64,000 nucleotides of DNA from an uncultured delta proteobacterium (lineage in GTDB: Bacteria > Desulfobacterota > Desulfomonilia > UBA1062). The stretch spans positions 32,001 through 96,000 of the forward strand of contig CAVVYZ010000015.1 in assembly GCA_963752595.1 (NCBI GenBank). The letters run 5' to 3'. The notes beneath the pieces were generated by a model. That model made no database searches, was not told the DNA's origin, and saw only the letters and a program-made list of their open reading frames with translations. Both the position numbers and the translations under genes were made by a program. Of the stretch, positions 20,670 through 30,126 are shown one piece after another (the first letter of the stretch is position 1; the number at the start of each line of letters is the position of its first letter).

Positions 20670-21349
20670 GGCGTCGCACCGGCATTGGAAAGCCTCTTCT
20701 GAAAAAATGTCTGCCAGCGGTGCCAGGGGCTGACATCAAGGCGAACCCGTAAACCCACATCTTTTTGAATGAATGGGAAAAGAAAGTAATAACCCAGCAC
20801 ATATCCATAGATGATTTTCCCGATGGCAACACGGTTGAATTTCTCTGCCGACCTCATGGGAGACCGGTTCTTTGAGCGGATATACGCGTATACAGACTTG
20901 TATCCCATCCCGGTCAATATCCGGAAGGATTCGCGCATCATCATCGGAGTGAGATTTTTGCCGCGATATTCGGGATCGACAAAGGCATTATGTATCACTG
21001 CGCTTTTCTCTGCGAATTCGAACAGACAGTGCAGGTCAGGCGAACGGATATCACCGGTTTTGAACCAGCAGAAGCCGGCCAGATGGTCTCCAATGCGTGC
21101 GCAGCTGCATAAGTGCCCGGTCTTCAATCTGGAGCTTACCTCAGCATGGGAAAATACCGGTGTCTTTCCGATGCACTTGGCATCGTGGAATTCCATGAGC
21201 TCTGCAACTTCTTCATCCCGGAGAAAAGTTACCTTGAACTCGCTGTCAGCAGGAATCTCAGGGGAAAAGGTCGGATCAGGAAACTTGATTATGTCCATGA
21301 CCTGGATCGATACAACCTGCTTCAGATACCATCGGGCATGTATATTCAT
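20666..21349 (-). CDS. GNAT family acyltransferase (copy 2)
   Basis: AFVDPEYRGKNL acyl-CoA motif A; N..P...EKF; close paralog of 22564..23325. Confidence 0.8.
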   Translation of the reverse strand: MNIHARWYLKQVVSIQVMDIIKFPDPTFSPEIPADSEFKVTFLRDEEVAELMEFHDAKCIGKTPVFSHAEVSSRLKTGHLCSCARIGDHLAGFCWFKTGDIRSPDLHCLFEFAEKSAVIHNAFVDPEYRGKNLTPMMMRESFRILTGMGYKSVYAYIRSKNRSPMRSAEKFNRVAIGKIIYGYVLGYYFLFPFIQKDVGLRVRLDVSPWHRWQTFFQKRLSNAGATP

Positions 21350-21485
21350 AAGAAATACCCCTTGCCTTACAATTGTCCTATCTCAGCTTTTTTTACTTGC
21401 CGCTGTTCATAATGATGAGGAAAATGGTTTCTCATGAGTTATTACTCCGGACGCAGCTTTCGTCATACCATTTGAGCCCGGTCGG

Positions 21486-22559
21486 TCAGGCGAACATGAC
21501 ATCCATGATGTCCCGTGCAACCGGCCGCACCTTATTCCGGTTCTGAACCTCATAATGTACCAGGAGCCCGGGTGTGGTATTCACCTCGTTTATTACGTAG
21601 GATCCCTGTTCTGCACGGCCGATATCCTCGGCGATAAGGTCGATGCCTGCGAGCTTGATGCCCAGGATATCAACGATCCTTTTCCCAAGAGCGATGAAAT
21701 CGGGGGAAATATCGTCGGTTACATCATGGTATTCCCCGCCATACAGCCAGTGGCAGATGTCCTGCAGCCGAACGTGCGTGTCTTGCGGGGGGATGGAGCC
21801 CGGAGAGAATCCCTGTTTCTTTACCAGGCCGGCCATTGCCCTTGGCACCGGGATTTTGTAAAGAATAGGTCTGGTAAGAGGATCATACCCGATGCATTTC
21901 CCGTTGTTCTTCCTGCCCTTGTTGGCAATAGTTATCAGCTCGGACACGGTGTGAACGCCGTCCCCGACAACTGCTGCGGGGTTGCGGGAGCTTGCAGCCA
22001 GGAATTTGCCTTTGCAGAACAGCAGGCGGTAATTTGTCCCTTCAAAGAATCTCTCTACAATGATCTCGGGTCCGTATAATCCGGCGTAAGTAACTGCATA
22101 ACGGATCGAAAAAGGAGTATCGGGTTTGAGGAAGACACCTTTGCTGTCCCCTGTATTTCTCGCAGGCTTGATCGCGATAGGGGCATTGACCCGCTGTTTG
22201 AATAAAAGCGCCCCATGGTAGTCGCCGCTCTTTAAAACCGTATAGTCAGGCACGGGAACGCCCTGTTGTTTCAATATCGAGCTGCAGAATGCCTTGTCTC
22301 CTGCTATCTTCAGCGATGCCTCCCCGTCGAGATCGGTGTAGGAGCGCCAGATATTCTGTACCACGCCGTTTTTCCTGAGCTGGAGAACGTTATTCTCTAG
22401 GAGGACGGCCTTGATTCCCAAGTGTTGTGCCTCGTGCATGTAATATGAATACTCAAGGGGCAGAATATCCGGTTTTACCTCGGGCTTTATGAAAGAGCCG
22501 GCCTTTTTCATGATCCTGAAGATCAGACGATTTATGGGTAAGAGTAAGGCGTTCATCAT
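21486..22559 (-). CDS. Stand-alone cyanophycin-synthetase/GshF-like ATP-grasp ligase
   Basis: DK...L...GVPVP, IKP....SKGV, IIVERF.EG..YRLL, R.PA.VVGDG.HTV.ELI, GIDLIAEDI, NEVNTTPG; no Mur-ligase half. Confidence 0.8.
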   Translation of the reverse strand: MMNALLLPINRLIFRIMKKAGSFIKPEVKPDILPLEYSYYMHEAQHLGIKAVLLENNVLQLRKNGVVQNIWRSYTDLDGEASLKIAGDKAFCSSILKQQGVPVPDYTVLKSGDYHGALLFKQRVNAPIAIKPARNTGDSKGVFLKPDTPFSIRYAVTYAGLYGPEIIVERFFEGTNYRLLFCKGKFLAASSRNPAAVVGDGVHTVSELITIANKGRKNNGKCIGYDPLTRPILYKIPVPRAMAGLVKKQGFSPGSIPPQDTHVRLQDICHWLYGGEYHDVTDDISPDFIALGKRIVDILGIKLAGIDLIAEDIGRAEQGSYVINEVNTTPGLLVHYEVQNRNKVRPVARDIMDVMFA

Positions 22560-22563
22560 TTTC

Positions 22564-23325
22564 CTATCTCAAAGGGGCTGGAGGACCTGGATTCGGGACA
22601 GAGGAGGATTTTTTAAGAAGACGGTCCTTAAATGCACTTCTTCGCCTCGCTTTTGCCGTATTCGGAAACCTTTTCCGGAAGAATACCCTCCACCGATGCC
22701 ACGGATTGGTGGTGAGGCGTACCCGAACACCTGCATCCTTTTGTAAGAGGGGAAAGAACAAGAAATACCCCAGCAGGTAACCATAGAATATCTTCCCGAC
22801 CATCACGGAACGGAACTTTTCAAATGTTATCTTGGGGGATAAGTTCTCTGCTCGGAAGGTGGTGTACACTTTTTCGTACCCCAGTTGAGACAGCTTCCGG
22901 AAGGATTCCTGCATCATCAGCACTAACAAGTGATTGCCGCGGTGCACGGGGTCGACAAAACCGTTGTAAGCCACGATGCTTGTATCCTCGGATTCGAACA
23001 GGCAATGCAGATCAGGAGAAAAGACCTTGCCGGGTGCATACCAGTGAAATCCGACCAGTTTGCCGCCTTTACGGGCGCAACAGCAGAGGTGCCCGTCTTT
23101 CAGCCTGGTTTCTGCCTCCCCGGCGGAAAGAATATTATTCCACTCAACACACCGGCTATCGTGAAACTCCATGAGCTCGGGAATTTCTTTATCCCGCAGA
23201 AACGTCAATGTAAAACCATTGCCGACAGAGAGTCCCGGGGAAAAGGCCAGATCGGGTACCCTGACTATCTCTACACACTGGAGGGAAAACACCTGCTTGA
23301 GGTACCATCGAATGTTTTTTTTCAT
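22564..23325 (-). CDS. GNAT family acyltransferase (copy 1)
   Basis: GFVDPVHRGNHL motif A; paralog of 20666..21349. Confidence 0.8.
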   Translation of the reverse strand: MKKNIRWYLKQVFSLQCVEIVRVPDLAFSPGLSVGNGFTLTFLRDKEIPELMEFHDSRCVEWNNILSAGEAETRLKDGHLCCCARKGGKLVGFHWYAPGKVFSPDLHCLFESEDTSIVAYNGFVDPVHRGNHLLVLMMQESFRKLSQLGYEKVYTTFRAENLSPKITFEKFRSVMVGKIFYGYLLGYFLFFPLLQKDAGVRVRLTTNPWHRWRVFFRKRFPNTAKARRRSAFKDRLLKKSSSVPNPGPPAPLR

Positions 23326-23362
23326 CTGTGTCGTCCTTTCACATAATGCTCCATCCGCATTT

Positions 23363-24514
23363 CTACTCGTAAAAAATCAGCCCGTACTGGGCGAAGAGCT
23401 TCCTGTTCCTCTCGGTCAGCAGGCCGCCGTTTGCCGCCTGGATACCGGCAGTGCCCCATTCCTGATTCCCTTCGATAATCACCGGGCCGCCTGGAGTGAC
23501 GGCAAAGTCCCAGCCTATGGATTTGATATAATGAAAAATCTGCTGTGCATCAGAGGCAATTCTCTTCACTTCCTCCCAGTAGGGGATCTGAAAGTCTGAG
23601 AATTCCGTCCCGGTGAGCGGGTGGCTGGTCAGCACCTTGCCGTGGGGCGGTTTCGTGAAACCTTCTTTCTTCAGTCTGCCGGTCTGGAGATCGATTCCCA
23701 CGACGATCCCACCAGCAGAGAAGTTGTCCACAGGGGAGTCGGTCGAGCTTGATCTCAGCATTGCTGCAATGAATTCGACTTTATGATCGATGGATAAAAA
23801 CGTAATGATTCGGATGGAGTTCACGGAATACGGGTTGATCGCATCGAGTTTCGGGTGCTGCTGAATCACTTCCTGCACGAGGTAGCCGTCGTTTTCTTCA
23901 TGGACTTCATCTTTTTCGATCATATGAGCCGGGGCATCCGGATCATTGCCGGAGATAAAATGGATTCCCTTTCCCATAAGCCCCCATACCGGTTTCAAGA
24001 CAAACCTTTTCAGATTGTTCCGTTCCATCAGTTCTCTCAGAAAAAGATTGCCGTTTTTCAGGCAATCCCTTCCGCATTTGCCATAAAGCTTCGGCACGGG
24101 CAGCCCATGCTGGACACACAGGCAATGGAACAGGTACTTATCGTGTACCAGAATGAAGGTAGACTTTTTCCATAGTGTGTTCCACAGCCTGGGCCGAAGG
24201 AGCGGGGCATGAGGATCGTCCATGTAGTTTTTGAATATCTTCCTTTCCATGGTATCGAAACGGAGCAGGTGGTAGTTTGTCGGCAGAAATCCCAGGACGA
24301 AAAAAAGATAGAGGTAATCCAGAAACTGCTGCCATCCGGATTTCACCCCGTTCTTATCCCCGCAGTAGCTTGGGTTGTGAAAGCCTTTGAATAGGCCGAA
24401 TATCCGGCTGTAATGGGAAGAATACCGGCGGAATAAGCCGAGAGTCTTAAAAAGATGAACCATCATGCGGAGGTACCCCGATGTTTGTCTGCCTTGAGTA
24501 AAGGTGATCCGCAC
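23363..24514 (-). CDS. Sugar-transfer-associated ATP-grasp (alpha-L-glutamate-ligase-like) protein
   Basis: DKYLF, KPVWGLMGKG, VQEVIQQHP.L, SVNSIRIIT, VDNFSAGG, IPYW, IGWDFA, IIEGN; exact start uncertain. Confidence 0.82.
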   Translation of the reverse strand: MRITFTQGRQTSGYLRMMVHLFKTLGLFRRYSSHYSRIFGLFKGFHNPSYCGDKNGVKSGWQQFLDYLYLFFVLGFLPTNYHLLRFDTMERKIFKNYMDDPHAPLLRPRLWNTLWKKSTFILVHDKYLFHCLCVQHGLPVPKLYGKCGRDCLKNGNLFLRELMERNNLKRFVLKPVWGLMGKGIHFISGNDPDAPAHMIEKDEVHEENDGYLVQEVIQQHPKLDAINPYSVNSIRIITFLSIDHKVEFIAAMLRSSSTDSPVDNFSAGGIVVGIDLQTGRLKKEGFTKPPHGKVLTSHPLTGTEFSDFQIPYWEEVKRIASDAQQIFHYIKSIGWDFAVTPGGPVIIEGNQEWGTAGIQAANGGLLTERNRKLFAQYGLIFYE

Positions 24515-24547
24515 AAAGGCCCCATGCCGACATGAGGCCTTTGTGCG
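24510..24547. repeat. 17-bp near-perfect inverted repeat
   Basis: CGCACAAAGGCCCCATG-CCGA-CATGAGGCCTTTGTGCG. Confidence 0.8.
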
Positions 24548-24560
24548 TACCTGTATCCGA

Positions 24561-27500
24561 TTATCTCATTGAAGGCGGCTTCAGGTTGAAGTTGTAATAC
24601 TCGTAGACCGGTTCAATGGCATTGAGCCGCGCCAGGATCTGATTATCGGTATCTCCCATGAGATACCGCCTCAGGTATTCCGGCGCGGTAACCTCGTCCG
24701 TATCGGCCCTCGTGAAGAAGAAGATGCCCCGGTTGAAAGCGCCGACATAATAATTGGACGAGTTGCAGCCGCCGTAGAACATGCGGGAATAGCGCATCTC
24801 TTCGGCAGGGATCTTGATGGTGCCGGTGTCGCAGATCACCTTGCCGAACTTGATCAGTGAGCCTGAGTAGAAGTGAGGCCTTTCATGGAACGTGTTATCC
24901 ACGAATTCGATGGCGACCATGTTGCAGACGTACGCAGTCTCGGTTTCCGTATCGTTTCCGCCCGGGCCCGACACGGTCAGCCTTACCGTGAAGGAGCCGA
25001 TGTCCGTGTACACATGCGTCGGGTTCTGCTCATTGCTCGTGGACCCGTCGCCGAAATCCCAATGCCGGGCAGTAATGATGCCTGAGCTCCGGTCCTTGAA
25101 CTTCACGATGGTCCTCTCTGCATTGTTTCTTGCCGGCGCCGTGAACTCGGCATGAAGCGGGGCCGTGCTGTCGACGACGATGAAGCTCTCCTTCACCTCT
25201 GTCTGTTCCATGCCGGGAGAAGCAATGACCTTGAGACTTACCGTGTATATCCCGGGCTGTTCATAGGTGTGCTGCGGGTTCTTTTCCGTGCTCGTCACCC
25301 CGTCGCCGAAATCCCAGAGACGGGAGGTGATGGTTACATTATTTGCCAAACTCTGGTCAATGAACTTCACCGCCAGGGGCGCGCTTCCCGAAACGGCATC
25401 CGTATCGAATTCCGCCTGGAGGATGGAGTCGGGGTTGTCCTTGCAGTTCAAGGCGATCGCATCGGCAACCACTCTGCCGTTTGCATTGTCATTGATTTCT
25501 ATTCTGCACGTTCCCTGATTGAAATAATAGGTTCCCAGGGATTTCACCATGGTCAGTATGGGCTGCTGCTGGTTCATCTCCACCGTGGCATCGCCGCCTG
25601 CATGATGGATGATGTACTTCGCATTGGTGGCGTTGCTCGCAGACGGGAACCATGAGGTGAGCACCTCATAGTTGCCGGAGTACCGCAGGAAGATGGAAAA
25701 CACCGCTTTATTGCTCCCTGTCCCTGCGCTGTGATACTGGTAGTTATACCCGAGGTATCCGGATTCACCCATGTAACCCCCGCCCTGGATCTTCCCTATG
25801 GGCCAGGTCCCGATGAGGTCGCAATGATTGAAATCCGGATCGGAATTGGTGATGAAATATTCGGGATTCCGCACCGGGTCGGGCGGAGATCCGTCTGGGG
25901 AGAACCATGCCGGTGTGTTGGAATCCGGAAATCTTTCCAGATAGCTCCCGTTGGAGAGTTCGACCTTGTACGTCACCGGGTCTCCGGGAATGGTATACGT
26001 CAGGTAGTAATTGTACGGCGGCGTGCCCTGGCTGAAGTCATACGGCATCAATGCGCTTTTCCCATTCTTGAAGATCGGGTTCCAGTTCGGGTACGCCTGG
26101 CCGTACTTCATGCCGTCCGGCTTCACAGATACCATCATGGTCGAATAATTGGCAAAACGGTCATCGTCTACGAAAAAGACATTGTCCATCTGCTGGTTCT
26201 GGGTTTCCCTGGATGTGGCAAAGGTCGCGCCGAAGCCGAAGTTGGAGTGGCCGTTGAAGATGATGTGAGCCCCTTCTTGCTTCAGCGCCTGTTCCATGGC
26301 TGCAGGGGTGCGGACCGAGTAGATGTTGTAGGTAATTCCCTTTGCGGCATTCCGGTACACCCATACGCCGTTCTGCTCGGTTGCCCCGAGGCGTTTCAGA
26401 TAATCGTAACACCGGGGCAGGAACAGGGCGTTTTTGGAATATCCGTCACAGAGATAGATGTTTTCCATGGCGGTATACACCTGAATGTATGCATCCCGTG
26501 CCATGGTATCCGAACCATAGTCATTGCTTGCCGTCAATGTCACTCTGAACGTGCCTGCCTGGTTGTAGACATGGACAGGGTCCTTCTGCGTACTGGTCGT
26601 TCCGTCGCCGAAATTCCAGAGCCTTCCGGTCACCGTGCCGATGCTCTGATCAAAGAAGCTGATGGTGCACGGAGCGCTTCCCGATGTCTTGTCGCCGGCA
26701 AAACCAGCAACCGGAGCAGTTCCTCCCTGGCCGTCAGCCTGGACGAACCGTACCGCATCGGCACACGTGCTCGTCGGGTAGGGCTGGGAGGTGATAGTCA
26801 CCCGGTACGACCGTCCGGCTTCATAGTAATAGGTGCCGAGGCTGTTCCATTTTCCGCCGTTTATCTGCTGATTGACAGCCACTGTCGATGCCGTAACGCC
26901 GTTTGAGTAATGCTCGATCCTCACAGGTATGGCGGTGCTCCTCGATGAGTACTGGGTCCACCACATGGAGACTTCGTAATAAGCCGAGGCAGCAGGAGAG
27001 AACGACCAGGTGTAGGTCGTCCCGTCGCGGCTCCAGAGCGAGTTCGAGCCGTATGCACCTGATCCGCCGGACACATACCAGGTGCCGCTGGAAGAGGTAC
27101 CCGGCCCGCTGTTATCGATGATCACCTCCTGGGCGGCATCCTGGATGACGAGGGTCCGGGTAACGGGCTCTGAAGAGGCTCCCATATCGTCTGATACCAG
27201 GAAGGATATGACATGGCTACCCTGGGAAAGGGACGGGGTGGAAAAGGAAAAGTCATAACTCAAGATGCCGTCGATATCCGATTCCCATACGCAGGATTCA
27301 ACAGACCCGTTGAAAACTTCGCCGTGGCCGGAAAAGGATACTGTCTGACCGGGCACGGCCGGGTTCGGAGAGATGGAATCGATGACGGCTGTGGGAGGAC
27401 TATCCTCCGGGATATACTTGAACCAGACGGCGTCGGCGCAGGTGCTCACCGATGCGCCATATGCAGCGGTAACCATGACGCTTCCTTCGCCGTCAAAATA

Positions 27501-27890
27501 GTAGGTGCCGAGGCTGTTCCATTGTCCGGCATTCTCACGCTGGTTGACAAACAGGTAGTCCACACCATCTGCATGCTGAATGTCCACCGGAACTATGGGA
27601 GCCCGCGAAGACCAGCCGGACCACCACATGAGAACCTCATACCGGCCTGCAGGCTGAGAGCCGAGCTCCCAGGTATAAGTTGTCCCATCCCGCGACCAGA
27701 AACTGTCCCCGCCATACGGATTTGTACCGCCGGAAACCGGCCAGCTTCCGGTAAATGACGTCCCGGGGTCGCCGTTATCGATGATAACGTCCGCCGAGGC
27801 ACAAGGAGCAAAAGCACCCGGGAACATAAGGCAGGCAACAATGAAATAGAGAAAAAATGTCAGTACAGCCTTCTTTTTTCCTTTTCCCAT
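24561..27890 (-). CDS. Secreted multidomain protein: 3 Golvesin/Xly-CBD-like and 3-4 PKD/Ig domains, putative split clan-CD peptidase
   Basis: Signal peptide; VIIDN.D/G...W...(C/V)ADA repeats; W(D/N)FGDG three times; IIFNGHSNFG and FYGGCNS motifs; AAGGAGG SD favours ATG 27890. Confidence 0.75.
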   Translation of the reverse strand: MGKGKKKAVLTFFLYFIVACLMFPGAFAPCASADVIIDNGDPGTSFTGSWPVSGGTNPYGGDSFWSRDGTTYTWELGSQPAGRYEVLMWWSGWSSRAPIVPVDIQHADGVDYLFVNQRENAGQWNSLGTYYFDGEGSVMVTAAYGASVSTCADAVWFKYIPEDSPPTAVIDSISPNPAVPGQTVSFSGHGEVFNGSVESCVWESDIDGILSYDFSFSTPSLSQGSHVISFLVSDDMGASSEPVTRTLVIQDAAQEVIIDNSGPGTSSSGTWYVSGGSGAYGSNSLWSRDGTTYTWSFSPAASAYYEVSMWWTQYSSRSTAIPVRIEHYSNGVTASTVAVNQQINGGKWNSLGTYYYEAGRSYRVTITSQPYPTSTCADAVRFVQADGQGGTAPVAGFAGDKTSGSAPCTISFFDQSIGTVTGRLWNFGDGTTSTQKDPVHVYNQAGTFRVTLTASNDYGSDTMARDAYIQVYTAMENIYLCDGYSKNALFLPRCYDYLKRLGATEQNGVWVYRNAAKGITYNIYSVRTPAAMEQALKQEGAHIIFNGHSNFGFGATFATSRETQNQQMDNVFFVDDDRFANYSTMMVSVKPDGMKYGQAYPNWNPIFKNGKSALMPYDFSQGTPPYNYYLTYTIPGDPVTYKVELSNGSYLERFPDSNTPAWFSPDGSPPDPVRNPEYFITNSDPDFNHCDLIGTWPIGKIQGGGYMGESGYLGYNYQYHSAGTGSNKAVFSIFLRYSGNYEVLTSWFPSASNATNAKYIIHHAGGDATVEMNQQQPILTMVKSLGTYYFNQGTCRIEINDNANGRVVADAIALNCKDNPDSILQAEFDTDAVSGSAPLAVKFIDQSLANNVTITSRLWDFGDGVTSTEKNPQHTYEQPGIYTVSLKVIASPGMEQTEVKESFIVVDSTAPLHAEFTAPARNNAERTIVKFKDRSSGIITARHWDFGDGSTSNEQNPTHVYTDIGSFTVRLTVSGPGGNDTETETAYVCNMVAIEFVDNTFHERPHFYSGSLIKFGKVICDTGTIKIPAEEMRYSRMFYGGCNSSNYYVGAFNRGIFFFTRADTDEVTAPEYLRRYLMGDTDNQILARLNAIEPVYEYYNFNLKPPSMR

Positions 27891-27967
27891 AGTTATTAAC
27901 CTCCTTAAATCATGCATATTTTATCCATGGCAAAGATGCTTGCTCTCCTGATGGGCCTTCGCACCCA

Positions 27968-28806
27968 TCATCTCATGGAAGGCGGTTTCAGTTTGAAGTT
28001 GTAATACTCATAGATCGGTTCGATGGCATTCAGCCTGGCAAGTATCTGGGCGTCGGTATCTCCCAGGAGGTAACGCCTCTCTTCACTGGGGATTTTTACC
28101 GTGCCGGTGTCGCAGATGATCTTTCCGGACATGGTCGATGATCCGGTATAATAATGGGGCTTCTCATGGTACGAGTTGTCCACATATTCGGTTGCGACGA
28201 GATTATACACATAGCCTGTCTCGGTTTCCGTATCGGAACCGCTCGGGCCGGATACGGTCAGGCGGACCGTGAAGGAGCCGTACCCTCTGTAGACATGGGA
28301 CGGATTCTTCCCCGTGCTCGTAGCCCCGTCGCCGAAATCCCAGCACCTTGAGGTAATAGTACCCGAGCTCATGTCTTTGAACTCGACAATGGCCGTTCCC
28401 CGGTTGAAATAATAAGAGCCCAGGATATTTGTCCTGTCGGCCCTGGTCTGCTGCTGGTTGGCCACGACCTGCGCGGTGCCGCCTTCCCGTCTGCATTCTG
28501 TATCTCGACAGGCACTATGGAAGCCCGTGAAGACAAGCCGGACCACCACATGAAAACTTCATAGTAACCGGACGGTTGGGAGACGAACTCCCAGGTATAG
28601 GTAGTCCCGTCCCGCGACCACAGGGAACTGCCGCCGTACGGGCTTGTACCGACGGAAACCGGCCATGTTCCGGTAAATGGCGTTCCAGGGCCGCCGTTGT
28701 CGACGATGACGTCCGCTGAGGCACAGGATGCAAAAATACCCTTCATCGAGCAGGAGGCAATTAGACAAAGAAGCAGCTTGCCGAATAGTCGTAGCCCCTT
28801 TTCCAT
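27968..28806 (-). pseudogene. Internally deleted, frameshifted paralog of the 24561..27890 gene
   Basis: Same SD context, N-terminus (CASADVIVDNG...WSRDGTTYTWE) and C-terminus (QILARLNAIEP.YEYYNF.LKPPSMR); large internal segments missing; frameshift near 28490. Confidence 0.8.
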
Positions 28807-28887
28807 CGTATTCATTAACCTCCTAAATTGAATTCGTTATAATTAATGCACAGCTGTTTGCTCACCAGTAGATATCCGGGCGCATTT

Positions 28888-30117
28888 TTATTTCATGGTA
28901 TCCTGGCGAAGCGTATCGAATGGAAACTGTCTATACTTTTCGGGAAATATATTTTGAGCAAGATTGCGTGCCGCATATCTTTTTACGAGATAGTCGACAA
29001 TATACCTGGCTGCACGTCCGTCGCCGTAGGGATTGTGGGCAAAGCTCATTCTCTTATAGCAAGCCGGATCGCTCAGCAAAGAGTCGACCGCCTCAACGAT
29101 CCTGTCTTTGTCCGTACCCACTAATCGTACCGTACCCGCTTCCACTGCTTCGGGCCGCTCGGTCACGTTCCGCATAACGATTACCGGTTTTCCCAGGCTC
29201 GGGGCTTCTTCCTGTATGCCGCCCGAATCCGTTAAGATGAGATATGCCCTGCACATGAGGGCAACGAACGGCTCATAATCGAGCGGGGGGAATAAATGGA
29301 TATTCTTCCTGTTGCCGATAATCCGGTAGACCGGCTCCCGCACATGCGGGTTGAGATGAACCGGATATACAAAGTGCACATCGGGCCGGGCCAGTGCCAG
29401 CTCGGAAAGGGCCAGGCAGATATTTTCGAATCCCTGACCGAAGTTCTCCCTCCGATGCCCGGTAACAAGGATGATCTTCTCATCATTTTCCAGGTTGTCT
29501 AAAAACTCATATCCTCTCCCATAGTCGGAGAACTGTATCGGCTGCCTTTGAATACGGTCCACGGTATGGAGGAGGGCATCGATGACCGTATTGCCGGTCA
29601 CCAGTATTTTTTCCGAAGGTATGTTCTCTTTGAGGAGATTGTTCTTTGCGGTCTCCGTGGGAGCGAAATGGATATCTGCGATCACCCCGGTCAGGCGGCG
29701 ATTCAATTCCTCGGGGAAGGGGCGGTATTTATCCTGGGTGCGAAGCCCTGCTTCCACATGACCCACTCCAATGTTATGGTAATATGCAGCCAATGAAGCG
29801 GCAAACGTGGTGGTTGTGTCTCCATGAACCAGGATCAGATCGGGCCTTGCTTGTTCCAGTATACCTCCGATTCCCTCCAGGATCCTGCCGGTCAGCGTAA
29901 AGAGGTTCTGATCCGGGGTCATGACATTCAGGTCGAAGTGCGGCACGATACCGAACAGGGTCAACACCTGGTCAAGCATCTGCCGGTGCTGGGCGGTAAC
30001 ACATACCAGCGTTTCAAGATCATCGCCTTCAGCGTTGCGCCTGTTTAATTCCATGATGACGGGGGCCATTTTTATCGCTTCAGGCCTGGTTCCGAAAATC
30101 GCCATGAGCCGTGTCAT
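28888..30117 (-). CDS. wecB: UDP-N-acetylglucosamine 2-epimerase (non-hydrolysing)
   Basis: [58 protein letters not shown]. Confidence 0.96.
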   Translation of the reverse strand: MTRLMAIFGTRPEAIKMAPVIMELNRRNAEGDDLETLVCVTAQHRQMLDQVLTLFGIVPHFDLNVMTPDQNLFTLTGRILEGIGGILEQARPDLILVHGDTTTTFAASLAAYYHNIGVGHVEAGLRTQDKYRPFPEELNRRLTGVIADIHFAPTETAKNNLLKENIPSEKILVTGNTVIDALLHTVDRIQRQPIQFSDYGRGYEFLDNLENDEKIILVTGHRRENFGQGFENICLALSELALARPDVHFVYPVHLNPHVREPVYRIIGNRKNIHLFPPLDYEPFVALMCRAYLILTDSGGIQEEAPSLGKPVIVMRNVTERPEAVEAGTVRLVGTDKDRIVEAVDSLLSDPACYKRMSFAHNPYGDGRAARYIVDYLVKRYAARNLAQNIFPEKYRQFPFDTLRQDTMK

Positions 30118-30126
30118 ATCTTAAAA

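Noticed and set aside
21486-22559. Cyanophycin synthetase cphA
   Set aside because: Only the ATP-grasp half is present; no Mur-ligase domain or cyanophycinase
3034-24514. Graspetide (RiPP) biosynthesis by the ATP-grasp genes
   Set aside because: No precursor with repeated Thr/Ser/Lys-Asp/Glu cores; context and subfamilies are polysaccharide-associated
25731-26906. 391-aa plus-strand ORF
   Set aside because: Antisense to the PKD/Golvesin gene; explained by codon bias
27929-27945. TGGCAAAGATGCTTGCT sigma54-like site
   Set aside because: Spacing is one base too long and it points away from the adjacent gene
24561-28806. Diversity-generating retroelement (TR/VR-like pair at the gene 3' end)
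   Set aside because: Differences between copies are mostly synonymous and not adenine-specific by eye; no reverse transcriptase in the window
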